From: Myxococcales bacterium
GTDB lineage: Bacteria; Myxococcota_A; Polyangia; Palsa-1104; SHYY01
Direction of reading: 5' to 3'
Assembly: GCA_023248875.1 (NCBI GenBank)
Contig: JAHFDT010000001.1
Span: 1-63,791, forward strand
Length of the DNA: 63,791 bases
Part shown: positions 16,336-25,743 of the stretch, in pieces
Layout of the letters: the number at the start of each line of letters is the position of its first letter
How positions within the stretch are numbered: position 1 is the first letter of the stretch
Made by a program: the position numbers and the translations under genes
Notes under the pieces: model-generated
Databases searched by the model: none
What the model was told of the DNA's origin: nothing
Seen by the model: the letters and a program-made list of their open reading frames with translations, nothing else

Positions 16336-17482
16336 GCTCGTTGGAACGGAGATCGTTCCCCGATTCTTCTCCGAGGCCGATCATCCCTTCTTGAGATCGC
16401 TACTCGAATGTTTCCATGCATTCGCCGGACAGCCGGAACGTGCGCTCGAGGCTAGCCTCAAGGAGCTGGAGGACGCCCGAACGTCCGACCCGCGGAAGCG
16501 GATCTTGGCGCGCCGATACCTTTGGAGAGGCTGGCCTCGGGTAGTGTCAGAGCTGCCCCGAAAGATCCGCAACGTTGTCTTTCGTCAAGCTCCAGGAACG
16601 AAGCCACGCAGCGAGATTCTTGAACACTGCGGGCGCCTGCTCCATCTATCACCGAGTGAGATAGAGACGGCTCTCTTCGCCGACCTTCCCGGCGAGCGGC
16701 GCATCAAAACATGGAAATCACCCTCGCCGAGTGAGTTGTGCTTGCGGCTCAATCTGGAGATCGTGCAAGGCCTTCTCTTCAGCTCGAACCGTGTGCGCCT
16801 GCGCCTGCTTGGCCAGGCGCGGCCGGTGGTTCGGCACGCGCAGCTGCGGGGCCTCATGTGTGCCGTAATACGGGACGACGAAAAAACGACGATCGATATC
16901 TCCGGGCCTTACGCGCTGTTTCGGCGAACGCTCGTCTATGGCAGGCGCCTGGGTGAAATTGTGCCGCTACTATCGTGGTGCGATCGGTATCAGCTCGAGG
17001 CCGACTGCACCGTTTCAGGCAAGATCGGCGTGCTGCGGTTGGGAACGGGAACACCCATCATTCCTTCGCCTCAGCCGAAGCGCTTCGACAGCAAGCTCGA
17101 GGAGCGATTCGCCAAGGCCTTTCAGCGAGAGGCCCGCGACTGGATCCTGATCCGCGAACCCGAACCGATTCCCTACCACCAATCGCTCCTGTTCCCCGAC
17201 TTCTTGGTAGAGCATCGCAAAAACGGGATACGCTGCGTCATCGAAATTGTCGGCTTCTGGATGCCAGAGTATCTGGAGCGCAAGTTACGACAATATCGAG
17301 AGGTCGATGTCGGACGAGTCATCCTCTGTATCGATGAGCTGGCCAACTGTTCGAGAGGTGCGATGCCGACGGATGTCACCATCATTCCCTTCCGTCGCCG
17401 GATCGATGTCGCGGCGGTTGTGGCACGACTCGAGGCATGGGCTACCTCCTTCGACAAATCGACGCCGCACCCAGAATCGTGA
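16313..17482 (+). CDS. Bax1-like DUF790 family nuclease (XPB partner)
   Basis: The ATG at 16313 overlaps the helicase end by 23 nt. The C-terminal FPDFLVEHRKNGIRCVIEIVGFWMPEYLERKLRQY matches the DUF790 endonuclease-like core as I remember it. The gene order is the same as archaeal and actinobacterial XPB-Bax1 pairs. Confidence 0.7.
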   Translation: MPVAIPCELVGTEIVPRFFSEADHPFLRSLLECFHAFAGQPERALEASLKELEDARTSDPRKRILARRYLWRGWPRVVSELPRKIRNVVFRQAPGTKPRSEILEHCGRLLHLSPSEIETALFADLPGERRIKTWKSPSPSELCLRLNLEIVQGLLFSSNRVRLRLLGQARPVVRHAQLRGLMCAVIRDDEKTTIDISGPYALFRRTLVYGRRLGEIVPLLSWCDRYQLEADCTVSGKIGVLRLGTGTPIIPSPQPKRFDSKLEERFAKAFQREARDWILIREPEPIPYHQSLLFPDFLVEHRKNGIRCVIEIVGFWMPEYLERKLRQYREVDVGRVILCIDELANCSRGAMPTDVTIIPFRRRIDVAAVVARLEAWATSFDKSTPHPES

Positions 17483-17506
17483 GCCTTGGTCCAGTTCAGC
17501 GAAGAC

Positions 17507-17947
17507 TCAGCACGGCAGCGCGTGTGCCGCCCCCCCCTCTGCCAGCATGGCTAAGGCGCGTTCGGGGCGCGGCCGCACTCCGACCACAAACGTGTTGAGG
17601 CTGTAACCGCCGTAGCGCTCGGTGGCCACTTGAAAGCCTTCCCGCAAGATCGCGGCAATGCGGCGGGCCTCATCGATCGCGCCGCTGCGAAGGTGCGCCT
17701 CATTGAGCCGGTCGCGGATGAACAGGTAGAGGTCCGAGAGGTTGGTACAGAGCTTGGGCGCCGCCGGGTGGTAGAGCGTTTCGACCAGCTCATCGACGAC
17801 CTCATGGGCGGATTGCAGCAGCTCCTCCTGGCCGCGTTGATCGCCGGCGGCCATGCGGGCGGCGATCTCCTCGAGATCCTGAAGCAGCGCGCCAAACAGG
17901 TCGTCGAGTAGCACCGCCGGGGCCATGCCAATTTTGCCGACAGTCAA
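17507..17947 (-). CDS. FliS-like four-helix export-chaperone-like protein (tentative)
   Basis: The pattern LFGALLQDLEEIAARMAAGD...LLQSAHEVVDELVETL...NLSDLYLFIRDRLNEAHLRSGAIDEARRIAAILREGF follows the FliS consensus (LYDGAI...GD...A..II.EL...L...NL..LY.Y....L..AN...D...I.E....L). Recognised by eye only. Confidence 0.4.
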   Translation of the reverse strand: MTVGKIGMAPAVLLDDLFGALLQDLEEIAARMAAGDQRGQEELLQSAHEVVDELVETLYHPAAPKLCTNLSDLYLFIRDRLNEAHLRSGAIDEARRIAAILREGFQVATERYGGYSLNTFVVGVRPRPERALAMLAEGGAAHALPC

Positions 17948-18045
17948 AATATCCCTCCCAGTTTGCCGCAGAAAAACCGAGCAACCCCGCCGTTCGGTTC
18001 TTTCTCGGTGTGTGGGCTGCCCTTAATGCAACTGGGGGACCAACC

Positions 18046-18963
18046 TCAGCGCAGGAGATCAAACCGCCTCGATACCGACAGCACTCCGAGCGCCGGCGTG
18101 CCCATTTGAGCGCCCACTGCCCAGGTCACGATGGGAACCCGAACCGCCAAGCTGACCGACCAGGGATCGGCAAACTGCCAGCCGACCGCCGTATCGATCA
18201 GGAGATCGGTGCGTCCGAGATTCCCCTCCGTTTCGACGATGCCGCTCCAGCGCTCCGGCTCTTCGTGAAACACCATGAGGCCGAGGCTGAAGGTCCAACG
18301 TCGGAGCCAGAGATTGCTGGTCGCTGCCATCCCGCCGAGCAGCTGGTTGCCAGCGCGATAACCGTGACCATTCTCATAGAGCGGGGCCCGATCGAACAGC
18401 CAACCGGTGAGTGTAAAGCGGCCGATCAGGCGCCGAATCTCGGTGCCCACCAGGGGATCGACCGTGCCGGTGCCAAACTGGATGTGATGGTGCTCCTTTC
18501 CCTCCCGCCCCAGGGCAAAGGGGTTGGGCACCGTCGAACCGATGGGCAGTGTCAATCCCAGCCGTAGCGCCATCGCCCACGGCCCTAATTGCTTTACTGC
18601 GCGCAGACTGAGCCACGGATCGTTGGGGCCGACGAGCGTTTCAGTGCGGTGGTGGATCTCCCCGCCAAATGGCGCTGCGATGGGCTGTCGTGTCGCGAGA
18701 TCTTCCAGCGTGAACTGGAGGTGCACGATGCGCAGCGCCCACTCGAGCTCGGCCGCTAGCCAGCGGGTGAGGCCATACTCGGCGTGCAGCTGGATATCCG
18801 AAAAGAAGAGGTTGAGATCGTGCCACTCCGGGGGCACCGACTGCATGGCGCAGCCCACCGCATTGATCTCGGGGCAGGCAATCGCGTGGCCCGTTTGAGC
18901 GTAGCTACCGGTGATAGAGAGCTCTAGCTGAAGGGCTCCACGCGGCAGGGTAGCCGGCCCCAA
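18046..18963 (-). CDS. Hypothetical protein (beta-rich, possibly outer-membrane)
   Basis: 305-aa ORF with a TTG start. Alternating aromatic/aliphatic strand-like patterns are visible. No clear signal peptide is present with this start, so the call is weak. Confidence 0.45.
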   Translation of the reverse strand: MGPATLPRGALQLELSITGSYAQTGHAIACPEINAVGCAMQSVPPEWHDLNLFFSDIQLHAEYGLTRWLAAELEWALRIVHLQFTLEDLATRQPIAAPFGGEIHHRTETLVGPNDPWLSLRAVKQLGPWAMALRLGLTLPIGSTVPNPFALGREGKEHHHIQFGTGTVDPLVGTEIRRLIGRFTLTGWLFDRAPLYENGHGYRAGNQLLGGMAATSNLWLRRWTFSLGLMVFHEEPERWSGIVETEGNLGRTDLLIDTAVGWQFADPWSVSLAVRVPIVTWAVGAQMGTPALGVLSVSRRFDLLR

Positions 18964-19142
18964 CGTCGTCGCCGACCTTCCGACCGGAAGGTTAGGATTG
19001 CTTCAGCCGGCTCAGGCGAAACCACGCGCAGGGTGGAGTAGGAAAAGGAGGAGGAGAAGCTTTTTCAAGCTAACGAACACCCCAGGGCTTCCGCGCGAAG
19101 AGGGAGAACAACCCCATGGCAGAGCGTTGTACCATCTCTTCC

Positions 19143-19622
19143 ATGAGCTCCAAAATTCGCCCGGCGCGGTCCCAAGACATTCCTTCGGTGGTCGGTCTCG
19201 TACGTGAGCTCGCCGCCTTCGAAAAGCTGCCCGGACCCGACGAAGAGGCGGAGCGTCGCTTCGCCGAAGATTTTACGGCGGGGCGCTACGAACTGCGGGT
19301 GGCGGAGGAGGAGGACGGCCAGATCGTCGCCTATGCGCTGTTCTTCATGACCTACTCGACCTTTCTCGCGCGTCCATCGCTCTTTCTCGAAGATCTGTTC
19401 GTTCAGCCAGCGGTGCGCGGGCTGGGGCTCGGCGCGGCCTTTCTGCACCATCTCGGCGCGCTGGCGGTGGCGCGCGGCTGTGGCCGTTTCGAATGGACCG
19501 TGCTCGATTGGAATGTGCGCGCGCAAAAGTTTTACCAGCGCCTCGGCGCACAGCTTTTGCCGGAGTGGCAGGTCTGTCGGATCGACGGGGCAGCCCTAAC
19601 CAGACTTGGCCAGGCAGGATGA
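19143..19622 (+). CDS. GNAT family N-acetyltransferase
   Basis: The ATG at 19143 gives MSSKIRPARSQDIPSVVGLVRELAAFE. The acetyl-CoA motif VQPAVRGLGLGAAFL (Q/RxxGxG/A) is present. Confidence 0.8.
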   Translation: MSSKIRPARSQDIPSVVGLVRELAAFEKLPGPDEEAERRFAEDFTAGRYELRVAEEEDGQIVAYALFFMTYSTFLARPSLFLEDLFVQPAVRGLGLGAAFLHHLGALAVARGCGRFEWTVLDWNVRAQKFYQRLGAQLLPEWQVCRIDGAALTRLGQAG

Positions 19623-21778
19623 GCATCGACGCGGCCACTCTCATCGCGGGCGAGCTCGGGCTCCGGCCGGCCCAAGTGCGGGCCACGCTGGAGCTGTTCG
19701 AAAGCGGGGCCACGCTGCCCTTCATTGCGCGCTATCGTAAAGAGGCGACTGGCAACCTCGATGAGGTGCAGATCCAGACGATCCGGGAGCGCAGCGCCTA
19801 TCTTCACGAGCTCGGGGCGCGCAGGGAGACCGTGCTGAGCTCGATCCGCGAGCAGGGAAAGCTTACGCCAGCACTGGAGGCGGCGATTCTGCGCTCGGCC
19901 TCCAAGACTGAGCTCGAAGATCTCTACTTACCGTTTCGCCCCAAGCGAAAAACGAGGGCCTCGCAGGCGCGCGAGCGAGGGCTCGAACCGCTCGCACAGC
20001 GGATCTGGGCGCAGCAGCGCGGTCTGCCCTCGCGCGAACAGCTGGCACGCCCACTGCTCGATGAGACGAAGGGCGTTCCCGACACGGAGGCGGCCTTCAC
20101 CGGGGCGCGCGATATCGTCGCCGAGATGATCTCGGAGAGCGCACCGCTGCGGGCCTCGTTACGAAAGCTGGCACTGGCGCAGGGGACGATTCGGGCACGC
20201 GCGATCCGCGGGAAGGAGCGCGAAGGGATCAAGTTTCAGGACTATTTCGACTACTGCGAACCGGTACAGCGCATTCCGTCCCACCGGACGCTGGCGCTGC
20301 GGCGCGGCGAGAAGGAGGGCTTTCTCGCGGTGCTCCTCGAGATGGACGGGGAGCTCGCGTGCCGTGAGATGCGCCGCCAGGTCGTGCGCGATCGCCAGGC
20401 TTCGTTGGCGGGTGAGCTCGAGGCTGCGCTGGTCGACGCCTGGGAGCGGCTACTGTACCCGGCGATCGAAGTGGATGTGCGGCTGCTCTTACGCGAACGG
20501 GCGGAGGCGGAGGCGATCCGAGTGTTCGCCGAAAATCTGCGCCACCTGCTCCTGGCGCCACCGCTGGGCGGCAAGCGGGTCCTAGCGGTCGATCCCGGCT
20601 ATCGCACCGGTTGCAAGCTGGCGGCGCTCGATGAGACGGGGCGCCTGCACGAACACGATGTGATCTTTCCTAGCCCAGGCAATGCCCGCGCGGCTGAGGC
20701 GGAGCAGAAGCTTGTGACGCTCTGTGCACGCCATCGGATCGAGGCCATCGCGGTGGGAAATGGCACCGCCGGTCGCGAGACCGAGACCTGGCTGCGCACG
20801 CTCGTGCGCAAGGGCCAGCTCAGCGGCGCGCAAGTGGTGATGGTCAACGAGTCGGGCGCATCGGTCTACTCCGCGTCGGAGGTGGCGCGAGACGAGTTAC
20901 CCAACGAAGACGTGACGGTGCGCGGCGCGGTATCGATCGGTCGGCGCCTGCAGGATCCACTGGCTGAACTGGTGAAGATCGAGCCCCAGGCGATCGGGGT
21001 CGGCCAGTACCAGCACGATGTCCATCCACCGACGCTCGAGACGGCGCTCGACGGCGTGGTCGAGTCGTGCGTCAACGCCGTCGGCGTCGATCTCAACACC
21101 GCCTCACCGCGGCTGCTGCGCTACGTCGCGGGTATCGGCGAGACTCTGGCGCGTAACATCGTCGAGTTTCGCACCGATCGGGGGCGATTTCGCAGCCGCG
21201 CTGAGCTGCGCCAGGTGCCACGCCTCGGCCCCAAGGCCTTCGAACAGGCGGCTGGCTTTCTGCGCGTGCGCGGCGGCCTCTCGCCACTCGACGACAGCGC
21301 CGTTCATCCGGAGTCCTACGAGGTGGTGGAGCGGATGGCCGCCGATCTCGGCGTGACGGTAGATGAACTGGTCGGGCGAGAGGAGCTCATCGCTCGCATC
21401 GAGCTCCACAACTACCTCGACGAGCGGCGTGGCGAGCCCACGTTGCGCGATATCCTCGCTGAGCTACGAAAGCCCGGGCGCGATCCGCGGGCCCAGTTTG
21501 AAGCGGTCGCTTTCCGCGCAGATGTCACCGAATTCGATCACTTGAAGGAGGGCATGCTGCTCGACGGCGTCGTCACCAACGTCACCCGCTTCGGTGCGTT
21601 CGTCGATGTCGGGGTGCACCACGACGGTCTGGTGCATATCTCCGAACTGGCCCCTCGTTTCGTCAAGGACCCGTCGGAGATAGTGAAGGTGGGTGATCGC
21701 GTCCGCGTGAAGGTGATCCAGGTCGACGCCGAGCGGAAGCGCGCCAGCCTTTCGATCAAACAGGGGACAGGTTCGTAG
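19619..21778 (+). CDS. tex: Tex-like transcription accessory protein (YqgF/HhH/S1 domains)
   Basis: The ATG at 19619 overlaps the GNAT stop (ATGA). The N-terminus ...LPFIARYRKEATGNLDE matches Tex. The C-terminal S1 domain is GMLLDGVVTNVTRFGAFVDVGVHHDGLVHISEL. Confidence 0.9.
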   Translation: MSIDAATLIAGELGLRPAQVRATLELFESGATLPFIARYRKEATGNLDEVQIQTIRERSAYLHELGARRETVLSSIREQGKLTPALEAAILRSASKTELEDLYLPFRPKRKTRASQARERGLEPLAQRIWAQQRGLPSREQLARPLLDETKGVPDTEAAFTGARDIVAEMISESAPLRASLRKLALAQGTIRARAIRGKEREGIKFQDYFDYCEPVQRIPSHRTLALRRGEKEGFLAVLLEMDGELACREMRRQVVRDRQASLAGELEAALVDAWERLLYPAIEVDVRLLLRERAEAEAIRVFAENLRHLLLAPPLGGKRVLAVDPGYRTGCKLAALDETGRLHEHDVIFPSPGNARAAEAEQKLVTLCARHRIEAIAVGNGTAGRETETWLRTLVRKGQLSGAQVVMVNESGASVYSASEVARDELPNEDVTVRGAVSIGRRLQDPLAELVKIEPQAIGVGQYQHDVHPPTLETALDGVVESCVNAVGVDLNTASPRLLRYVAGIGETLARNIVEFRTDRGRFRSRAELRQVPRLGPKAFEQAAGFLRVRGGLSPLDDSAVHPESYEVVERMAADLGVTVDELVGREELIARIELHNYLDERRGEPTLRDILAELRKPGRDPRAQFEAVAFRADVTEFDHLKEGMLLDGVVTNVTRFGAFVDVGVHHDGLVHISELAPRFVKDPSEIVKVGDRVRVKVIQVDAERKRASLSIKQGTGS

Positions 21779-21784
21779 TGCTAC

Positions 21785-22516
21785 CTACTTCACCATTTGC
21801 GCCACGCCGTCGACCGACGGGTAGCGCGGCCTCATCGTATGGATCCCATCGCCGATACGGCCGCGGTAGGCATTGGGATAGTCGGCGACGTAGAACACGG
21901 ACATGCTGGGGTGGTCACGATAGGGGTAGAGCCGGCGAAAGAGGGCAGCATTCCTCTTGGTGTTCTCGAAGAAGGCGACGTAGGTGCCGCCGAGCCGCTG
22001 CAGCTTCGTTTGCGCGCCGAGCTTCCATTCGATGGGATTCCCGTAGGTCTTGCTGGGGTTGAGCATCAGCTTCGCCTTCGCGAGCGGAAAGTCATAGCGG
22101 CGCAGAAATTTTTCGGTTTTTTTCCGGTCGCTGGTCTTCCGACCCGTCAGATAGACCACCGTGGCGCCCGCCGCCTCGAGCTGCCGGAAATACTTGGGCG
22201 CGCCGGGCAGCGGCTTCGCATCGGCAAACCCGATGTCATTCTCGAGCTCCGTCGCGATCGTGCCATCGATATCCGTGACGACGATCGGGCGCTTCCCCTG
22301 GCTCTTGAGCAGTTTCACCCGCTGCAGAACGACACCGAGGTGGTTGCGAGTCACTGCGGTGGGGAGCGGTGTATCGAACGCGCCCTTGCCGCGAAAGGCA
22401 TTGGGGTTGACCGGTTTGAGCGGTGCGACCGCGGGAGCCGCGGGCCGCGGCCGCGCCTCAGCGCGAGGCAGAGACAGGAGCACCAGGGCGATAACGCAGA
22501 CGGAGAAGCGGGTCAT
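21785..22516 (-). CDS. Secreted HAD-superfamily phosphatase
   Basis: The internal ATG at 22516 gives signal peptide MTRFSVCVIALVLLSLPRAEA. HAD motif I is VVTDIDGTIA, followed by LTGR and a later D-containing motif. Confidence 0.65.
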   Translation of the reverse strand: MTRFSVCVIALVLLSLPRAEARPRPAAPAVAPLKPVNPNAFRGKGAFDTPLPTAVTRNHLGVVLQRVKLLKSQGKRPIVVTDIDGTIATELENDIGFADAKPLPGAPKYFRQLEAAGATVVYLTGRKTSDRKKTEKFLRRYDFPLAKAKLMLNPSKTYGNPIEWKLGAQTKLQRLGGTYVAFFENTKRNAALFRRLYPYRDHPSMSVFYVADYPNAYRGRIGDGIHTMRPRYPSVDGVAQMVK

Positions 22517-22638
22517 GCCGGCCGCTTCAAGCAACCCGCATGCCGCATTCGGAAGCAACAAAATTAGCGACTTGGCACACCGCGGGGAGACCTTGGCTGG
22601 CTAGTCGAGTCGCCATGGCCCCGTGGTAGGATGCCGCC

Positions 22639-25600
22639 GTGCGTGATCGGCGCTGGCAGCTCGCGGTCGCAGGCCTGGCGATCTTCACCGCCGCTTTTTT
22701 GTTCGCCCGCTGGCTGAAATTCGAACAGCTCGTCCGAGTATCCCCCGCTCTGCCGGCCGTCTATCCACTGCTCTTTCGCGCCGAAACCACGCTGTTCGTG
22801 CTGCTGGTCTTCCTGCTCACACTGGCTCTTTGGCTGACCTGCGCCCTCTTCCTGTTGCGCTTCACCGAGCGGGGCCGCTTTGCACTGCTGAGCTCCTTCG
22901 CCTATCTCGCACTGGCGCTCGCTCCGGCCTCTCGCCGCTTGGCCTTTCGCGGCTTCTATCTCTACCTCATCGGCCTATCCGTCTATTGGATCGTGCGCAA
23001 GCGTCACCGCTTCGCTTGGCGCGCTGCCATGCCACACCTTTCGGTGCTGCTCCTCACCACGCTCACCCACGTTTTTCGTAACCACTTCGCCTCACCGCTC
23101 TCCTGGTCCAATCCGCTCGTCAACTATCCTTATGGCAGCGGCGGCTTCGTCCCGGTCTCCTCCTCCGTCTTCAAGAGCCAATACGTCAACGCCAAACTCT
23201 TCTCCTTTTTTGGCCTCGACCATGCCTTTTGGGGGGCCATTCTCCGTTCGGCCAACGGCCTCTATTCGTGGCTGATCCCCTTTTTGAGCTTCACCCTCGA
23301 TCTCCCTGCCGTCGATACCGACACCTACCATCGGCTGCTCCTCATCATCACCTTCGCCTCCTGCGTGCTCGGCTCCTTCGGCTTCTACCTCTACCTCTAC
23401 CGGGGTCTACGCCTCTCCTTCGCGGTCTCGGCGATCGGCGGCGTTCTCTTCGTCTTCTACAACCAGTATTTCGCCTTCATGATGGCGAGCGACTATCCCG
23501 CCTTCTACACCGTCTTCGTCTGTTTTCCCTTCTCTCTGCTTTTTCTCCATCTCGCCTTTGACGAGGGCGAAGCGCTCTGGGCCGGCGCGTCGGGCATCGC
23601 ACTGGCGCTGCCCTTCTACCTTATCGCGCCCCACCCCGAGGCGGTGATGCATGGCGTCTGGGTCTATCTCGCCTATCTCCTGTTTCTGATCCTTGGGGGT
23701 CCCCAGACGCTCGTCGTCGGTATTCGCCTGGCCGCCGTCTCGCTCGTCGCCTATTTCTTCGCTGCCGCCGCCTACCTCTGGCCACTTTTCCACATGGTTC
23801 GAGCGGGAGAAGTGATCTACTTCGGTCACAAGCAGGGCGCTTTCAACCACAGTTTCCATGGCCCCGTCGATCTGCTCTCCTCGTCGCTGGAAGGGCTATG
23901 GCCCTGGGTGGTCTGCGCGCTGGCCCTGCTACCGGTGCTAGCGGTCGACCGCCAGCGGCATCGCATCGGGCTCTTTTTTTTCGCGGTGCTGCTCTGGTTC
24001 CTACTCTTCTTTGTTCCCGGCGAATCGGGCTGGCTGGCGAGCTTTCTCGAGATCCATTTTCCCACGATCAATTTCTTTACCTTCTATCGCTTTGCCACCT
24101 ACTACGCCTGGGCGCTCCTGGTACTGGCACTCTATGGACTGGAGGCGCTGCGAACGGCTCGGCTGCGCCCTGCGCTCTTGGGCTTGGCCGGGGTCGTTGC
24201 AGTCGGTGGCCTACTGTACCTGCTCCGCCCCTCGCTCTATTCCGCCTTGGAGTTCTTTGGCGCCTTCTTCGAGGATGACAACTGGTCGAGGCCCGCCCTG
24301 GCCACCTCGCTATTGGCGTTGGCCATCGCGGTCGGCCTGGTGGTCAGAGATCGCTTGCCTCGTCGAGCCAGGCCCGCGCTGACAGCGCTGCTTGTGGCGG
24401 CGGCCATCGGGATGGCTGCGCTCTCTCGCACCGTCGGCTTTTTCCAGCCTGTGGTCGATCCCCAGAACCCCCGGGACTGTCGACCCTACACCCTGCTCGC
24501 CACGGTGCTTGCCAACTACCCCGGCGTAGCGCCGGATCCCAGTAGCCTCGACGCCTTGCGGCAGCGCTTCCTCGACTTTGAGCGGGACGTGCGGGAACCG
24601 GTCGATCTGCGCGGTACCGAAACGGCCCGCGCCTATCAGGCCCTCCTCGGCCTGGCTCGCTACCAATCAGCGAGTGAACTCGTGCGCGAGGAGCTGCTTC
24701 CGGCCGCGATCAAGTTGGCTCCTTTCCTCGACCACTTTTATACGAACGAGTACGGCTGCATCTACCGCCCCGGCTTTCCTAAAAACTATCGCGTGCCCGA
24801 TCCCAACCGGGCTGCGCTGCTCCAATCCGTCGGCCGCAACCAGCGGGTCCTGTTCGCCACCGGCGACGAAACCGCGATTGGCATCGGGCAAGGTTTCCTG
24901 ATGCACAACGCGGCCGAGTCGATCGATTCGCGTTATATGGCCAGCTTTCCGCCCATCCACGAGCTCTATCTCATGCCGGGCAACTACTACCAGGAGCTGG
25001 GGACCTCGGTCGCGCCGATGCAGTGGATCCCCAAGCTGGTCCGTGTGCTGAACTCCGCCCCGCGCCGGATCCACAACCTCGCCGGCATCGACTACTACGT
25101 GGCGCATCAAAAGGACTGGGATGGCGCTCCCCTGCAGGCGAAGGAGGATGTCGTAGCCCTCCCGCAACGGCTGCCGCTCGGCTCCGAGCGCGACTTCGTA
25201 CTGCTCCGCGATCAGCGTTCGAATGGGCTCGCCTTCCTGGCCGAGCGCATTCACCATGCCGATCCCTCGCTCGCGCAATTCGACCAGTTCAAGGCCTACT
25301 TCAGCGCCTTTGACAATCGCGCCGAATGGCCAGCCTATCGCGCCGAGGCGGACGAAAAGATGCGAGTGCTGGCAAAGCTTTCCCGCCACGAAGCACTTCT
25401 TACCGACGGTGCGGCTCCCTCGGAAGCGGGCGGGAGCGGCAATCGGGTGATCGTCGAGCAGGTGATCGACAATCGGGCCGCCTTGCGCGTCCATTGCGAA
25501 CAGCAGCCCTGCCTGCTGGTGTTCAATTTTGCCGCCATCGACGGCTGGCGCGCCTTTGCCGAGGAGCAGGAGCTACCCATCGAGCGCGTCAACCTGGCGT

Positions 25601-25743
25601 TTCTGGGGACCCGCGTGCCCCTCGGCGACCATTTGATTTGGTTCGAGAACCGATCGGTGCCGGTACGCGCCGGCCTCCTGGCCTCGCTCCTGACCCTGGT
25701 GGCAGGGCTCTGGTGGGGCCTTCAGCGAAGGTGGCAGCGATGA
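22639..25743 (+). CDS. Large polytopic membrane protein (YfhO/GT-C-like architecture)
   Basis: 1034-aa ORF with well over a dozen hydrophobic helices in the first 600 aa or so. A soluble domain of about 380 aa follows, then one terminal TM (LLASLLTLVAGLWWGL). The architecture resembles YfhO-type or GT-C-type glycosyl/lipid-linked transferases. The family assignment is unverified. Confidence 0.55.
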   Translation: MRDRRWQLAVAGLAIFTAAFLFARWLKFEQLVRVSPALPAVYPLLFRAETTLFVLLVFLLTLALWLTCALFLLRFTERGRFALLSSFAYLALALAPASRRLAFRGFYLYLIGLSVYWIVRKRHRFAWRAAMPHLSVLLLTTLTHVFRNHFASPLSWSNPLVNYPYGSGGFVPVSSSVFKSQYVNAKLFSFFGLDHAFWGAILRSANGLYSWLIPFLSFTLDLPAVDTDTYHRLLLIITFASCVLGSFGFYLYLYRGLRLSFAVSAIGGVLFVFYNQYFAFMMASDYPAFYTVFVCFPFSLLFLHLAFDEGEALWAGASGIALALPFYLIAPHPEAVMHGVWVYLAYLLFLILGGPQTLVVGIRLAAVSLVAYFFAAAAYLWPLFHMVRAGEVIYFGHKQGAFNHSFHGPVDLLSSSLEGLWPWVVCALALLPVLAVDRQRHRIGLFFFAVLLWFLLFFVPGESGWLASFLEIHFPTINFFTFYRFATYYAWALLVLALYGLEALRTARLRPALLGLAGVVAVGGLLYLLRPSLYSALEFFGAFFEDDNWSRPALATSLLALAIAVGLVVRDRLPRRARPALTALLVAAAIGMAALSRTVGFFQPVVDPQNPRDCRPYTLLATVLANYPGVAPDPSSLDALRQRFLDFERDVREPVDLRGTETARAYQALLGLARYQSASELVREELLPAAIKLAPFLDHFYTNEYGCIYRPGFPKNYRVPDPNRAALLQSVGRNQRVLFATGDETAIGIGQGFLMHNAAESIDSRYMASFPPIHELYLMPGNYYQELGTSVAPMQWIPKLVRVLNSAPRRIHNLAGIDYYVAHQKDWDGAPLQAKEDVVALPQRLPLGSERDFVLLRDQRSNGLAFLAERIHHADPSLAQFDQFKAYFSAFDNRAEWPAYRAEADEKMRVLAKLSRHEALLTDGAAPSEAGGSGNRVIVEQVIDNRAALRVHCEQQPCLLVFNFAAIDGWRAFAEEQELPIERVNLAFLGTRVPLGDHLIWFENRSVPVRAGLLASLLTLVAGLWWGLQRRWQR

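Noticed and set aside
12401-17506. Search for a direct repeat of the tRNA-Thr 3' end that would delimit a complete genomic island
   Set aside because: I could not find a second copy of the GGTTCAAATCCGGGCATCGGCTCCA segment by eye downstream. The island boundary is therefore left undefined, and the region is described only as an accessory patch.
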